This document shows positions 63,586-64,000 of a DNA stretch of 64,000 nucleotides, in pieces. Source of the stretch: Roseibacillus sp. (GTDB taxonomy: Bacteria > Verrucomicrobiota > Verrucomicrobiia > Verrucomicrobiales > Akkermansiaceae). The position numbers and the translations under genes were made by a program. The notes under the pieces were generated by a model. That model was not told the DNA's origin, did no database searches, and saw only the letters and a program-made list of their open reading frames with translations. The stretch is from positions 1,568,001 to 1,632,000 of the forward strand of contig JBPOGI010000001.1 of the NCBI GenBank assembly GCA_051251855.1, given 5' to 3'. The stretch's first letter is position 1; each line of letters begins with the position of its first letter.

Positions 63586-63623
63586 TCCAGACGGAGCGCG
63601 GTTCTTCAGTCCGCCCCACTGCC
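63586..63623. repeat. REP-like unit, direct repeat of 62034-62071
   Basis: TCCAGACGGAGCGCGGTTCTTCAGTCCGCCCCACTGCC, 36/38 identical. Confidence 0.8.
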
Positions 63624-63665
63624 TCATGACAGGAGCAATGGAGGCAGCCCTCGCATCTAAAAATT

Positions 63666-63998
63666 TTAGCAACACGCACGCATCATGGGGCAATCTTTGC
63701 TCCCTTGCTGGCCTGAGCTGCGATAATTCTGCAATAAGCGTCGAGACTCTTTGGCCAGCATGCGGCGCACCTCGCGGCGGGCTCCTTTTTCGCGAGGGAT
63801 GGTCATGTGATCATAAGCGGTCGTTTGATGGCGCATCCAGGCGATCACTGCCGATTCGGCGCGCTGCTCGATGGGGATTCGCTGCGTGCGAGCCACGGTG
63901 CCACTCCCGACCGGAACGGCGTGCTCGGCCACCGCTTTTGCCATCTTGTTTGCCAGCTCCAGATGTTCCTGATGGAAAGCGAGAAACTGAAACACCGC
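63666..63998 (-). CDS. DUF2293-like protein, 3' part (5' end beyond the window)
   Basis: HAVPVGSGTVART, AVIAWMRHQTTAYD, RREVR. Confidence 0.75.
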   Translation of the reverse strand, partial: AVFQFLAFHQEHLELANKMAKAVAEHAVPVGSGTVARTQRIPIEQRAESAVIAWMRHQTTAYDHMTIPREKGARREVRRMLAKESRRLLQNYRSSGQQGSKDCPMMRACC

Positions 63999-64000
63999 CT

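Noticed and set aside
1..64000. CRISPR array, rRNA, integrase or transposase
   Set aside because: No regularly spaced repeat-spacer array, rRNA-like sequence or recombinase/transposase motifs were seen.

Overview
Core-genome window from a bacterium that is very probably a marine-type member of the Verrucomicrobiota. This rests on two PEP-CTERM genes, three sulfatases, a PVC-type small basic protein, an SHD1-domain exported protein and a tRNA-Thr-tuf-tRNA-Trp-secE-nusG-rplK-rplA-rplJ-rplL-rpoB-rpoC cluster lacking rpmG. The + strand looks C-rich throughout, and the translation/transcription cluster lies on the minus strand. Housekeeping content includes creC, pyrC, gpgS, a DEAD-box helicase, cinA, engB, sucA/sucB, msrA, acs, nrtR-pncA, an A-type Fe-S carrier, trpE/trpG and tRNA-Ser. 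Three items stand out. (1) Next to tRNA-Ser, an ATPase/wHTH/PD-(D/E)XK nuclease gene (60337-61761) is bracketed at its start and stop codons by 45-bp inverted repeats (42/45 identical), each itself a palindrome. (2) Two in-frame ORFs join across a TGA at a W-*-P-P-C redoxin active site, followed by a SECIS-like hairpin, giving a probable exported selenoprotein (15736-16425). (3) A multi-hairpin RNA lies between rplJ and rplL, while rplJ has no room for an L10 leader. GGAG-tagged REP-like palindromes occupy several intergenic gaps. All calls come from reading the sequence; no database searches were run.
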